Of a stretch of DNA of 64,000 nt, positions 28,146 to 37,000 are shown one piece after another. The position numbers and the translations under genes are program-made. The stretch is from an uncultured virus (IMG/VR IMGVR_UViG_3300049571_000412). Lineage: Duplodnaviria; Heunggongvirae; Uroviricota; Caudoviricetes. Positions within the stretch are counted from its first letter, which is position 1; the number at the start of each line of letters is the position of its first letter. Below the pieces are notes generated by a model. The model was given only the letters and a program-made list of their open reading frames with translations, was not told where the DNA came from and did not search any database. The stretch lies in the IMG/VR virus record IMGVR_UViG_3300049571_000412; one strand, written 5' to 3'.

Positions 28146-28321
28146 GCGACCGCCTTGGAGGACTCGCGGTCCTCGATCGGCTGAACCCACGCCCGAATCG
28201 CCAGACGCATCTCGGCGGCGACCGACCGTTCCCCTTCGTCGCTCTTCTGCTCAAGGCGGCGATGCGTGTCCGGGTCGAGCCGGGTCTGCACGGTGACGAG
28301 ATCGGTGGTCGCGGTTGCCAT
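28142..28321 (-). CDS. RHH (Arc-like) protein in the Cro position
   Basis: VTVQTRLDPDTHRRLEQKS...RSVAAEMRLAI; first gene of the leftward operon. Confidence 0.7.
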   Translation of the reverse strand: MATATTDLVTVQTRLDPDTHRRLEQKSDEGERSVAAEMRLAIRAWVQPIEDRESSKAVA

Positions 28322-28330
28322 TGCCCGACC

Positions 28331-28372
28331 ACTGTACAACATGATGTTGGATCATGCAACTTGATGTTGGAT
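28331..28372 (-). promoter_or_regulatory. Leftward early promoter with two overlapping operators
   Basis: TTGCAT-17 bp-TACAGT on the minus strand. Palindromes CAACATGATGTTG (28337) and CAACTTGATGTTG (28357) are 20 bp apart. Confidence 0.75.
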
Positions 28373-28423
28373 TTGGACACATTTTGCGAAGTAGTCGGCG
28401 GGATTCGGCTACGGTTCCCGCGC

Positions 28424-28768
28424 ATGGGCACCGACGAGTCGACCGACGCGAAAGAGCTTGGCCGGCGCGTCCGGGCCGCCCGCGCGTACCGCGACGTCAC
28501 TCAGACGGAATTAGGCGACGAGCTGGGTCACGGCCGCGACACGATCGGCCGATGGGAGAAAGGCGAGGTCGACCAGGACTACAAAGTCGACAGCTTCCGC
28601 CGGGCGGCGGTCAAATTGACGTCCATGCCCGAGGAGTTCTTCGTCATCAACTTCGACGATCTGCCGAACATGGAGCGCGCCTGGAAGCAGGTCAGCCGAC
28701 TACCTGATCCCGACGAGCTTCAGTCTCTTGTTGACGAAAGACTGCGGCGAGGTCCGAGACGTCGATGA
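28424..28768 (+). CDS. XRE-family HTH repressor (CI position)
   Basis: LGRRVRAAR...TQTELGDELGHGRDTIGRWEKG; divergent from the early operon; TACGGT 8 nt before the ATG. Confidence 0.8.
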   Translation: MGTDESTDAKELGRRVRAARAYRDVTQTELGDELGHGRDTIGRWEKGEVDQDYKVDSFRRAAVKLTSMPEEFFVINFDDLPNMERAWKQVSRLPDPDELQSLVDERLRRGPRRR

Positions 28769-29020
28769 ATGGATCGCGCCACCGAGAATTACTCGGCAGG
28801 CGCGTCACGAATTGCCTCGCCGTCTCGGCCAGCGCTTCGACCGCTTCCCGCTCAATCGCTGCGACTCCCGGGTCCTCCGAGAACTGGCGTTCCTCCCCCG
28901 CGCCAGCGCCGCGCAGATTCACTAGCCCCACCTTTGCCTCCTGCCGTCACGTCATCCGGTTACACGACGAGATTCAACCTTGCGACGGAACCTAAGCAAA
29001 AGGCGAGGGAAAAGAAAGAA

Positions 29021-29656
29021 CTATTCCAATTGAGCATTCGGGAGCGGGCCTGCGATCACGCGCTCCGAGCGCTCTGGAAGCTCGAAGAGATTGAGGTGGG
29101 CGACAGTGGGGATCGTCCGCCTCTCGGGCGCGTCTGTCGTGCGCTCGATGCAGTCTTCTTGGATCTCGTAGAAGCGCTCAAGGGTCGCGTCGAGAAGCTT
29201 TGACATCTCCGCGAATGCGACCTCGTCCAAGTCGGCGGGGAACCGGATCAGTGAGTGCTCCGGTCGCTTGACGAGTTTGTCCGCCCCCAGCGAGGCGGCA
29301 ATGTCGGCCACCTCCATCTGGACGATGTGCGCCGCGTGGTCACGAGACTCGACCGGCGAAAGGGATTCCACATCAGGCGTTCGCATGTCCGGCCTTACTA
29401 CGGAGCGATACCAGTGCCCCGTCGCACCCCTCCGCGCCTCAGTACGAACCAATTCGATCACGCCTAGATCGCGCAGGACCCGCACGTGGTAGGCGACGTG
29501 GTTCAGCTTCTCGCCTATCTCTTCCGCAAGCTCCTTCGGGCTCATCGTCCGTTCGGCGAGCAGGCTCCAGCACTTCATTCGCGTCGGGTGTTCGGCGATG
29601 ACGGCGAAGCTCAGCGCGGTCATAGCCGCCGATCGTCCTTGGATGGTCTTGGTCAT
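29021..29656 (-). CDS. ArsR-like winged-HTH regulator with long C-terminal domain
   Basis: HPTR...SPKELAEEIG...VAYHVRVLRDLGVIELVRTEARRGATGHWYR. Confidence 0.8.
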   Translation of the reverse strand: MTKTIQGRSAAMTALSFAVIAEHPTRMKCWSLLAERTMSPKELAEEIGEKLNHVAYHVRVLRDLGVIELVRTEARRGATGHWYRSVVRPDMRTPDVESLSPVESRDHAAHIVQMEVADIAASLGADKLVKRPEHSLIRFPADLDEVAFAEMSKLLDATLERFYEIQEDCIERTTDAPERRTIPTVAHLNLFELPERSERVIAGPLPNAQLE

Positions 29657-29796
29657 TCGTTCTCCCATTCCTGAGTAATTCAGGCGGTTCAGGGTAGCGC
29701 GGATTCCGACCGAAGGCGTGGCTTTGATTGGTGAGAGCCGTCCCACTGGGCGGATCTGACTAGGCCATTCGTCGAGTCGAAGGGAGGTGATCCGCC

Positions 29797-29856
29797 GTGA
29801 AGCTTTCGACTACTCCGACCGCCGCGCCGTCGGTGTCGACCCAGAAGTCGGTCTGA
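29797..29856 (+). CDS. Candidate 19-aa peptide MKLSTTPTAAPSVSTQKSV
   Basis: AAGGGAGGTGAT RBS, with GGAGG 9 nt before the GTG. Confidence 0.5.
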   Translation: MKLSTTPTAAPSVSTQKSV

Positions 29857-30122
29857 CCCGACCCGCGCCCCACCGCTGCGTGAATGGATGGACGCAGACC
29901 TTCGGGGCTTCAACTCGCAGCGGCGCCGGGCATCAGAGTCATCCGATGAGGCCCGGCGCATCTGCATCGTCGAAGGCGCGCCCCGCCGCCGGTCCGCAGA
30001 GGCGATCACCGCGGACGCCGCCGCCGGAAGCGCTGAGTCTTCGAACAGCTGCGCTCTCGGCTGAGGACTCCGGAAGCGGGTGGCCAGGCACGGGGCCACG
30101 AGGGCGCTGTGGCGGCTCCTGG

Positions 30123-30485
30123 CTACGGACGCACGGTGACGCTGCCGTCCGGCGCGACGATGGCTTCGCCCACCAGGTAATCCCATTCCGCGCCGAAGTC
30201 GAGGTAGCGTTCCGCCTCCTCCACGGTTTCGAACTCCTCTGCCCTCAGGGAGTGGTATCGCCAGAAGACGGCCAGCGCGCAGGGGCCGGGCTCGACCGGC
30301 TCGTAGGCCTCGATGAACCTGGCCGCCTCGGGGGAGAGCTCCCGATCCGGTCCCTCGTCGGGGACCTGGTCGACCTTGCCGTCGGCGTCCAGGTGTCGGA
30401 GTGCGCCGCGTATCGTCGTGCCGCGCTCAAGTGCGATCGTGGCCGGACCGGCGCCGTCGAAGCTGATGCTCAGTCGTTCGGGCAT
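30123..30485 (-). CDS. Hypothetical protein (leaderless moron)
   Basis: TG-G-TACGGT 6 nt before the ATG; hairpin upstream. Confidence 0.55.
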   Translation of the reverse strand: MPERLSISFDGAGPATIALERGTTIRGALRHLDADGKVDQVPDEGPDRELSPEAARFIEAYEPVEPGPCALAVFWRYHSLRAEEFETVEEAERYLDFGAEWDYLVGEAIVAPDGSVTVRP

Positions 30486-30519
30486 CTACTGACCGTACCA
30501 CCGACCGAGGCCATGAAAG

Positions 30520-30566
30520 GAAGCCCCGCCGTCGACCGCGGGAGGCGGAGCCGACGACGGGGCTTC
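30520..30566 (-). terminator. Terminator-like hairpin
   Basis: On the minus strand GAAGCCCCGTCGTCG...CGACGGCGGGGCTTC followed by CTTTC. Confidence 0.5.
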
Positions 30567-30694
30567 ATGGATGGCGCGTGGCCGGACAGGGGTGAACGGC
30601 CACGGGAGGACCTGAGCCGAGTGGTCGGCCGGTCTGCCGCGTTTGAACATATTGGTGTTGGTCCTTTGTGTCCAGTTCGTGCAGGTTCCCGGCG

Positions 30695-30904
30695 GTGGAT
30701 CCGCAGGAGGTCATCGGGCGCAACATACGCCGCGAGCGGAAGCGCCAGGGCCTGAGCCAGGAAAGCCTCGCCGACTTCGTGGGGACCAGTGTGACGCAGG
30801 TGAGTCGGGCCGAGCGAGGAGAGCGGGACCTGCGCGCATCGACGATCGTCCGCTTCGCCAAGGGCCTCGAAGTCGCGCCTGCGGAGCTGCTGCGCGACCT
30901 CTGA
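30695..30904 (+). CDS. XRE-family HTH protein
   Basis: IGRNIRRER..QGLSQESLA...QVSRAERGER; C-protein-like size. Confidence 0.85.
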   Translation: MDPQEVIGRNIRRERKRQGLSQESLADFVGTSVTQVSRAERGERDLRASTIVRFAKGLEVAPAELLRDL

Positions 30905-30910
30905 AACGAC

Positions 30911-30945
30911 GAAAGCCGCCGCCCCCCGGAGGGGACGACGGCTTC
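30911..30945 (-). terminator. Terminator at the end of the late/lysis operon
   Basis: 14-bp stem (two G.U pairs on the minus strand) with a TCCG loop, between convergent genes. Confidence 0.65.
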
Positions 30946-30972
30946 GACGGGGCGATCCGGTTGTGGTTGAAG

Positions 30973-31161
30973 CTAGCGCCGGTGCGCGACCTTCGCCGGC
31001 GTCACCTGCGAGCGGGACGCCACGGCGCCGACGACGATGATCACGTCCGCGATCAGCGTTTCGACGACGGAGGTTTCCAGGCCGACGCCCACCGCCGCGA
31101 GGGCGGAGACGATGACGACTGCGATCGCGCCGATCAGCGCGACGGGCTCGGACTTGAGCAC
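30973..31161 (-). CDS. Holin-like membrane protein
   Basis: Two TM segments, EPVAL...RSQVTP; last gene of the lysis cassette. Confidence 0.7.
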   Translation of the reverse strand: MLKSEPVALIGAIAVVIVSALAAVGVGLETSVVETLIADVIIVVGAVASRSQVTPAKVAHRR

Positions 31162-31236
31162 GGGGTGTTCCTTTCGTTGAGGGACAGCGGTTCGTGGCCG
31201 GGCGCCGTCGCGGCCCCGGCGATGTGGCACCCGCAC

Positions 31237-31914
31237 TCAGCGGGCGGTGAAGCAGGCGGCTTCCCCCTCGGCGCGCAGGCAGTACTCCCCCGCCTCGTCG
31301 GTCAGACGGGTCAGCGCCGGATAGGCGGTGCCCCAGCTGTTCAGGAAGTCCACGCCGTCCTGGTCGTCGGGGACGCCGAGGGTGGCGCGGACCTGGTCCC
31401 AGTCGGTCGCCCAGCGGAAGGCCTTCACGCTGTAGAGGAGGCTCGGAGCCTTCGCGCCCCGGGCTTTCGCGCCCTTCGCGCGCAGCTCCTGCATCGCCGC
31501 CCGGACGGTCGAGCCTTCTTCGGGCGAATGGTTTCCTTCCTTGTTGCGAGCGGCGTTGTAGAGCCAGGTCGCGTTGAACTCGATGCCGTGGATCAGCGAC
31601 TGCGCCCGGGCGTTGCCGAACCCGACGCAGTGGCCGGTCTGCCCCTGGTCGTAGTACGTCCACCATGCTGGATCGTCTTCGAGCGCCGGGGGCTTCAGGC
31701 AGAAGCAATGTCCGCCGCGCTCATGGCCGAGGTCGCCTTTCCCGACCCAATAGACGCCGTCGACCTTCACCGGGGAGTCGAAGTTCGACATCCACGGGAA
31801 GCCGACGACGACGGGGGTGTCCGTCGGGGCGTCGGCGCCGAGGGCAGAGAGCGGGTACCGCTCGATGTGGACGGTGTCGGGCGGCTTGATGAGGCCGAGG
31901 CCGTGCTGATGCAT
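31237..31914 (-). CDS. Papain-like (C1-related) cysteine peptidase with rearranged motif order
   Basis: GGHC, DQGQTGHCVGF and LNSWG motifs. Confidence 0.7.
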   Translation of the reverse strand: MHQHGLGLIKPPDTVHIERYPLSALGADAPTDTPVVVGFPWMSNFDSPVKVDGVYWVGKGDLGHERGGHCFCLKPPALEDDPAWWTYYDQGQTGHCVGFGNARAQSLIHGIEFNATWLYNAARNKEGNHSPEEGSTVRAAMQELRAKGAKARGAKAPSLLYSVKAFRWATDWDQVRATLGVPDDQDGVDFLNSWGTAYPALTRLTDEAGEYCLRAEGEAACFTAR

Positions 31915-31959
31915 AAGGGCTCCTTTCGAGCCGAGGGATTGGCGGTCGGACGAGATCGG

Positions 31960-32733
31960 TCAGACGGCGAGACGCAGCAGCTCGCTGATGTTCCGATAGA
32001 GGCGCGAGCCGTCGGACTGGCCGAGCCCCAGGTGGGCCTTGTCCGTGTACTGCCAGGCGAACCTGAACCTCTTCGGCACCGAGAGCGGCCACCAGCCGTC
32101 CGGCGACTCCGTGTAGGCAGCGAGCCAGAAGAGCAGCCGGAGCGGCATCGTCACCCGTTCCCGGATCACCGAGCCGCCGTAGAGCAGCGGGCCCTTCGAC
32201 CCCGGCGAGCGGAGGGCGTACCCGTGGCCGGTGTGCGCGACGTAGGCGTGCTGGAAGCGCTTGATCCACCGGCGATCGCCGCCGCCCGGTCGCCCGACCT
32301 CGTAGTCGAGGCAGCCGGGGAGGTTCGTGCGGTTGAACCAGTGCTTGTGCCGCCTGCCCATGTAGAGGCCGGCTTCGCGGCAGACCTTCACGAAGTGCGA
32401 GGCCTCGGCTGCGGCGCCGTTCGGGTTCTGATCGGGGCGGGCGAAGTGGTAGGGCAGCACCAGCAGGCCGACCTCGAGCGCGAGCTGCACCTGCTCGGCG
32501 AAGTAGGGGTTGACGTAGTGCGTCCCCTCGGTCGCCTTGATGCCGACGACGTTCGCCCCCTGGCGGGCGTAGCGCCGGAAGTCCTCCTGCGTCTTCGGGC
32601 CGTTGTTCGAGGAGAGGTCGGCGAAGCGTCCGGCCTTCCTCTTCCCCAGCTCGCGGATCCGGCGGGCGCGGGCGTGGGTCGGGTTGCGGTGCTGGAGGCG
32701 CTTCAGCTCCTGGTACTCGGCGACGTGGGTCAT
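31960..32733 (-). CDS. GH25 muramidase (endolysin)
   Basis: DLSSNN, KATEG, YHFARP, LDYE, WLAAY and WQYTD. Confidence 0.9.
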   Translation of the reverse strand: MTHVAEYQELKRLQHRNPTHARARRIRELGKRKAGRFADLSSNNGPKTQEDFRRYARQGANVVGIKATEGTHYVNPYFAEQVQLALEVGLLVLPYHFARPDQNPNGAAAEASHFVKVCREAGLYMGRRHKHWFNRTNLPGCLDYEVGRPGGGDRRWIKRFQHAYVAHTGHGYALRSPGSKGPLLYGGSVIRERVTMPLRLLFWLAAYTESPDGWWPLSVPKRFRFAWQYTDKAHLGLGQSDGSRLYRNISELLRLAV

Positions 32734-33320
32734 CGCTGCTCCTTCCGGCGCTGCAGCGCCAGGTTGATCCGGTATGCGGTCTGGCCGCCGATCACGCCAT
32801 CGGCCTTCAGGCCGTGGGCCTTCTGGAAGCTGCGGACGACGCGCTCCATGTCGGCGTCGAAGCGGTTGCCGCGCTTCATCGAGCGCGGGCGCAGGTAGCG
32901 GAGGCGGGCGCGGTAGCGGCGCACCCAGCGGCCCTTGTGGCCGCGCTTCAGGACGACGTGGCCGCCTCCCACCCAGTTGAAGTGCCACCACTCGCTGAAC
33001 GCTTCGGTCTTCCGCCAGCCGTACTTACCGCCGAAGACGAGGAGCTTCACCCGCATCCACCACTCCTTGAGGTCGACGGCGGTGCCGTTGCCGTGGTTGG
33101 ACGTGCCGGGGTAGGCGGCGAGAGGGCCGCCGGCGAGGTAGGTGTTCCAGGTGCCCCACTGCTCGGCGAGCGTGCGGTAGCTGGAGATAGGGCCGGCGGG
33201 ACGCAGGCCGCGGTCGGCAGGTCCGCCCGGCGCGTTCCAGGCGTGCGCCGCATCGTTGGCGAGCTCGCCGCCGGGGATCGGCGACAACTCGGCAGGGGTC
33301 AGTCTCCCGTTCTCGGGCAT
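32730..33320 (-). CDS. M15-family peptidase with peptidoglycan-binding domain (endolysin)
   Basis: SSYRT, PGTSNHGNGTAVD and EWWH; C-terminal FQKAHGLKADGVIG. Confidence 0.88.
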   Translation of the reverse strand: MPENGRLTPAELSPIPGGELANDAAHAWNAPGGPADRGLRPAGPISSYRTLAEQWGTWNTYLAGGPLAAYPGTSNHGNGTAVDLKEWWMRVKLLVFGGKYGWRKTEAFSEWWHFNWVGGGHVVLKRGHKGRWVRRYRARLRYLRPRSMKRGNRFDADMERVVRSFQKAHGLKADGVIGGQTAYRINLALQRRKEQR

Positions 33321-33389
33321 CGCTTCCTTTCGGGATGGGCCGCTGGTGGGCGGCGAGGATCAGACGGAGACGGGTGGTACGGTCAGCGC

Positions 33390-33659
33390 ATGACGAAGCT
33401 GATTCCGCTGGTCGGCGGCCCCCGAGATGGGCAACTCGTCGGAGACGTGGGTCCCGAGTTCCGCGAATATGCTCCTTCGCCGCCCGAGGTCAGGGCGTAT
33501 GACCCAAGCGAGCCGATTGCGCCCAGCGAGCCGATGCGACTACGGCGCTACAAGAAAGAGCGCTGGTCGGAGGACGGCGGCCATCGGTATGTGCTGCTCA
33601 CGACCGATCTCGGGCAGTCCAGCTTCGACCCGGTAGACCCCGATCACTGGCGCGGGTAG
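33390..33659 (+). CDS. Hypothetical protein (leaderless antisense moron)
   Basis: LVGGPRDG motif; TG-G-TACGGT 6 nt before the ATG. Confidence 0.6.
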   Translation: MTKLIPLVGGPRDGQLVGDVGPEFREYAPSPPEVRAYDPSEPIAPSEPMRLRRYKKERWSEDGGHRYVLLTTDLGQSSFDPVDPDHWRG

Positions 33660-33765
33660 TCCACCAGCGACCAGTCGATCTCCGGCCACTCGACTCTCTC
33701 GTCCCCTCCCCCGCCGCCGACCGTCATCCACGCCTTGAGGATCCGGTCGAAGGCGACGGCGACCA

Positions 33766-33999
33766 TCAGTGGATATGCGGCGCCAGGAACAACGCGACGG
33801 GGATGCCTGCGACGGTGACCGCGCTGAGCGCGGCCACGGCGCCCTGGAGCCGCGAGAGGCGGCGGTCGACATCAGCGACGTGACCGTTGGTCGCTTTGGT
33901 CTGCTCCTCGATCCGTCCGAGGGTCCGGTCCTGATCTTCCATCTTCTGGCCGAGGCGACCGATCTCGACCGCGAGCGGGGTCATTTCCTCAGCACTCAT
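33766..33999 (-). CDS. Small coiled-coil plus C-terminal TM lysis-associated protein
   Basis: IEEQTKATNGHV...TM; lies upstream of the endolysins. Confidence 0.65.
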   Translation of the reverse strand: MSAEEMTPLAVEIGRLGQKMEDQDRTLGRIEEQTKATNGHVADVDRRLSRLQGAVAALSAVTVAGIPVALFLAPHIH

Positions 34000-34063
34000 C
34001 GGTTGACGTAGGGCGTCGGGGACATGCGGTGTTCCTCCCTGGCGGGTCGTTGGTGGGTGAAGG

Positions 34064-37000
34064 TCATGCGCCGAAGCCGAGCTCGATCAGCCTTGCCCCG
34101 AAGCGGGCTTCCAGCGCGCCGAGTCCTTCCGGCGGGGCGCCGAGGGTGACATTCGCGGCCTTGCCGGCATGGCCGTAGGGCGCTGAGGTGATGCGCCGTT
34201 CGAGGCCGGTGCCAGGTTCGAAGACGCGGTCACCGGGCTGCACATAGGCGGCGGGGAACCAGCACATCGAGGCCTGGTCCTGCACGTAGCCCGAGAGAGT
34301 GGCTTCGCCGGACTGGTCGACCAGCATCGCTTCTTCCCGGAAGCGTTCGGCGGTCTGCCTCGCCAGTTTTTCGGTACTGACGCCGTTGAGCTGTAGGAGT
34401 TTGCGGCGGGGCCTGCCGGCCGCGACCGCGGCATTGGTCGGGTCCACCAGCGGGGAGAGGTCGGCGAACCTCGGAGTCCCGTCCACATCCTGCCAGAAGA
34501 ACCGGAATTCACTCCACACCCGCGAGGCATCGGGACCGCTCGATTTCGGCGCACTGCCCGAGTCGAGCCGCCAGCAGCGACCGTAGGTGCCTGGGAACCG
34601 GTATTGGTAGATCCGGTCGTTGAACACGAACCCGTCGAGGAGGCCGTATTTGGTGACTTCGGTCAGCTTCGACATGCGGGTGCCCGGGTCCGAGAACCAG
34701 GCATGGGGGATCACGAAGCCGTCGTCTTCGAGCAGTTCGTCCTTGGTCGTCAGGCCGGAGCCTTCGACGATGCAGGGGATCATCTGTTTGGCCAGGAAGC
34801 CGACTTCCGGCCAGGTGCCCTGGAGGGTCAGGCCGTTGGCGCCGAGGACCTTCAGATCCTGGAGGTCGACCCCGAACTGCGCGCCGTCGATCCCTGCATT
34901 GGTCGCGTTGAACTGCCAGTCGATGACCGCGTAGCGCTGCCCGGCGCCGGCCGTCTGGGAGATGTGTCCCGACGTCGCGGTGTAGTAGTCACCCGAGGAT
35001 TCCAGGGCGGCCTGGGCACCCTCGTCGTTGCAGAAGGAGACGCCGAGGAAGAAGCTCGTGTTTGCGTCGCCGTTGGCCCAGTCCCCCTGCACCGCTTCGA
35101 GGCCGACACCACTACCTGCGTCGAACCACGCCTCGCAGACCGGGATTATCGGTTCGGCCCAGGTGCCCTGCACCTCCATGTGGAGGGCCGAGTTGCCGGT
35201 GCCCCAGATGGCTGCGGGATCCTGCTGGCTGGGCCGGCTCAGGCCCTGGAGGATCAGCCGCCGCGTAACCGAGGGCCCCGTCCACCTGCTCAGGTCGCTG
35301 GAGATGAACCCCGGCCCCACCACCGCCTCGTCGTCTTCGAGGAACTGCTTGTCGCCGACCGCCTTCGGTTCGATCGAGATGTGGTCGCCGTCGGACTGCG
35401 GCTGCTGGCGGAGCGTCCCCTGCCAGAGCACCTCTCCCCCCGGTGCTTCGATCAGGTACTTCGAGAAGAGCGCGAGGTCCGGATAGCTGCGTTTCGGGTC
35501 GCGCGCGAGCACACAACCCGATTCACCGTGGCCACCGGGCATGTCGCCGGTTTTCGTGAGGTTGCCGATCACATTCTCGACGTTCGGCTCGTCCTCCGCC
35601 CAGCGACCCAGCGGCGTGTCGTCCTCGGCGAGGATCCGTACGGCCAGCGTCGACGGAGGGTGCTCCCGGTGGACGACGACCCGCGGCGGCGGCGTGACCT
35701 TGAAGAGGGCGGTGCTCGTGGTGAGGTCCACCACCACCGAGCCACCTCGGAAGTCGCGGACCCAGCCCGAGTCGGTCAGCCGCGCTTCGCCCGTGGGCCG
35801 TCCCAGCGCGAGGGCTTCTTCGAGGATCGCGTCCCAGGTCTCCTTGCCGTAGTCGGGCCCGGCGGGCAGCCCGTGGGCGTAGACGCCGCCCGCGGTGTGG
35901 AGCAGGCAGCACCCCAGGGCGAAGCGCCTCAGGTCGTCGTCGTCGGTGTTGGTGCTGGCGAGGTAGAGCTTGCCCGCGACCTGCTGGCGGTGCATGACCG
36001 CCATCGCCTCTTCGTACATGTAGGCCGGCTGCGCTTCCCCTTTCGGGAAGGTGACGAAGAACTCGTCGAGGCCGCCGTCGTAGTACTGGAACTGTTCCTC
36101 GACCCAGCCGTCGTATTCGAGGTTGCGCTGCCCGAGCGCGCCGCTCATGTTGGGGATGCCGAGCAGGCCCGCCGCGCTGAGGGCCGGCCCGACGACTTCG
36201 TTACAGGCCTGCATCTGGTCGAGCCATTCTTCGTCGCTGACCCCCGAGTAGCCGTCGTTGGGGGCGTTCATGTCGTCGCACATCACCCCGTCGGCGCCGA
36301 CTTCCTGCGCCCGCGAGATCGCGGCTTCGGCCCATGCCTCCGCATAGCCCGCGGTCCCGGGGAGGCAGATGGTCCCGGCGTCGGAGTCCACCTGTTCGGT
36401 CGCGGCGCCGAGGGCTTCGGCCTCGGCCAGGGTCAGGCCGGTCGAGTAGCGCCCTTCCGAATCAGGTTCTGCGGCACGGGTCAGGTTCAGGTAGATGAGG
36501 ACCTTCGCGCCGACCTCGCGGGCGGCTTCCATCCTGTCGGTCTGCCACCACTGGCAGATCACGAAGCCGTCGGGGTGGGCGATCGGGTCGGTAAGTTCGG
36601 TGGCGATCGCGTCGCGGAAGGTCCCTAGGCCTGCCGTCGCCTTCGGGAGGGGCGGCGGCGGCGGGACCGCTTCGCCTCCTCCGCCAAAGTCCTCGTAGCG
36701 GGTGAGCGGGCTGTTGGTGGAGAGCCCGATGTAGCCGGATTCGTGGGTCGAGTCTTCGACCGATTCGACCAGCGTCCATTCGCCTTCGGAGGGTTTGTGC
36801 CAGAGGCTGAGCACCGAGCCTTCCGCCTTCAGGCCGACCGCGTCCCCGTCTTTGACGGTGAGTTCGGCTTCGGCCAGGGTGGTCGGGGTTCCGGCGGATC
36901 GCGAGAGGATCGTCGCGGTGCCACCGGAGATCTGCGCCGAATACCCGTTGGAGGCCGCGGAGTCGGTACGCAGCAACAGCTCGGTCAGCTGCGAGGTCCA

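Noticed and set aside
28692..28931. 79-aa minus-strand gene downstream of the wHTH
   Set aside because: Overlaps the repressor 3' end by 77 bp, weak start signals and no motif; cannot be supported.
29930..29990. Hammerhead ribozyme (CCGATGAG resembles CTGATGAG)
   Set aside because: Core mismatch and no correctly placed GAAA or stem II.
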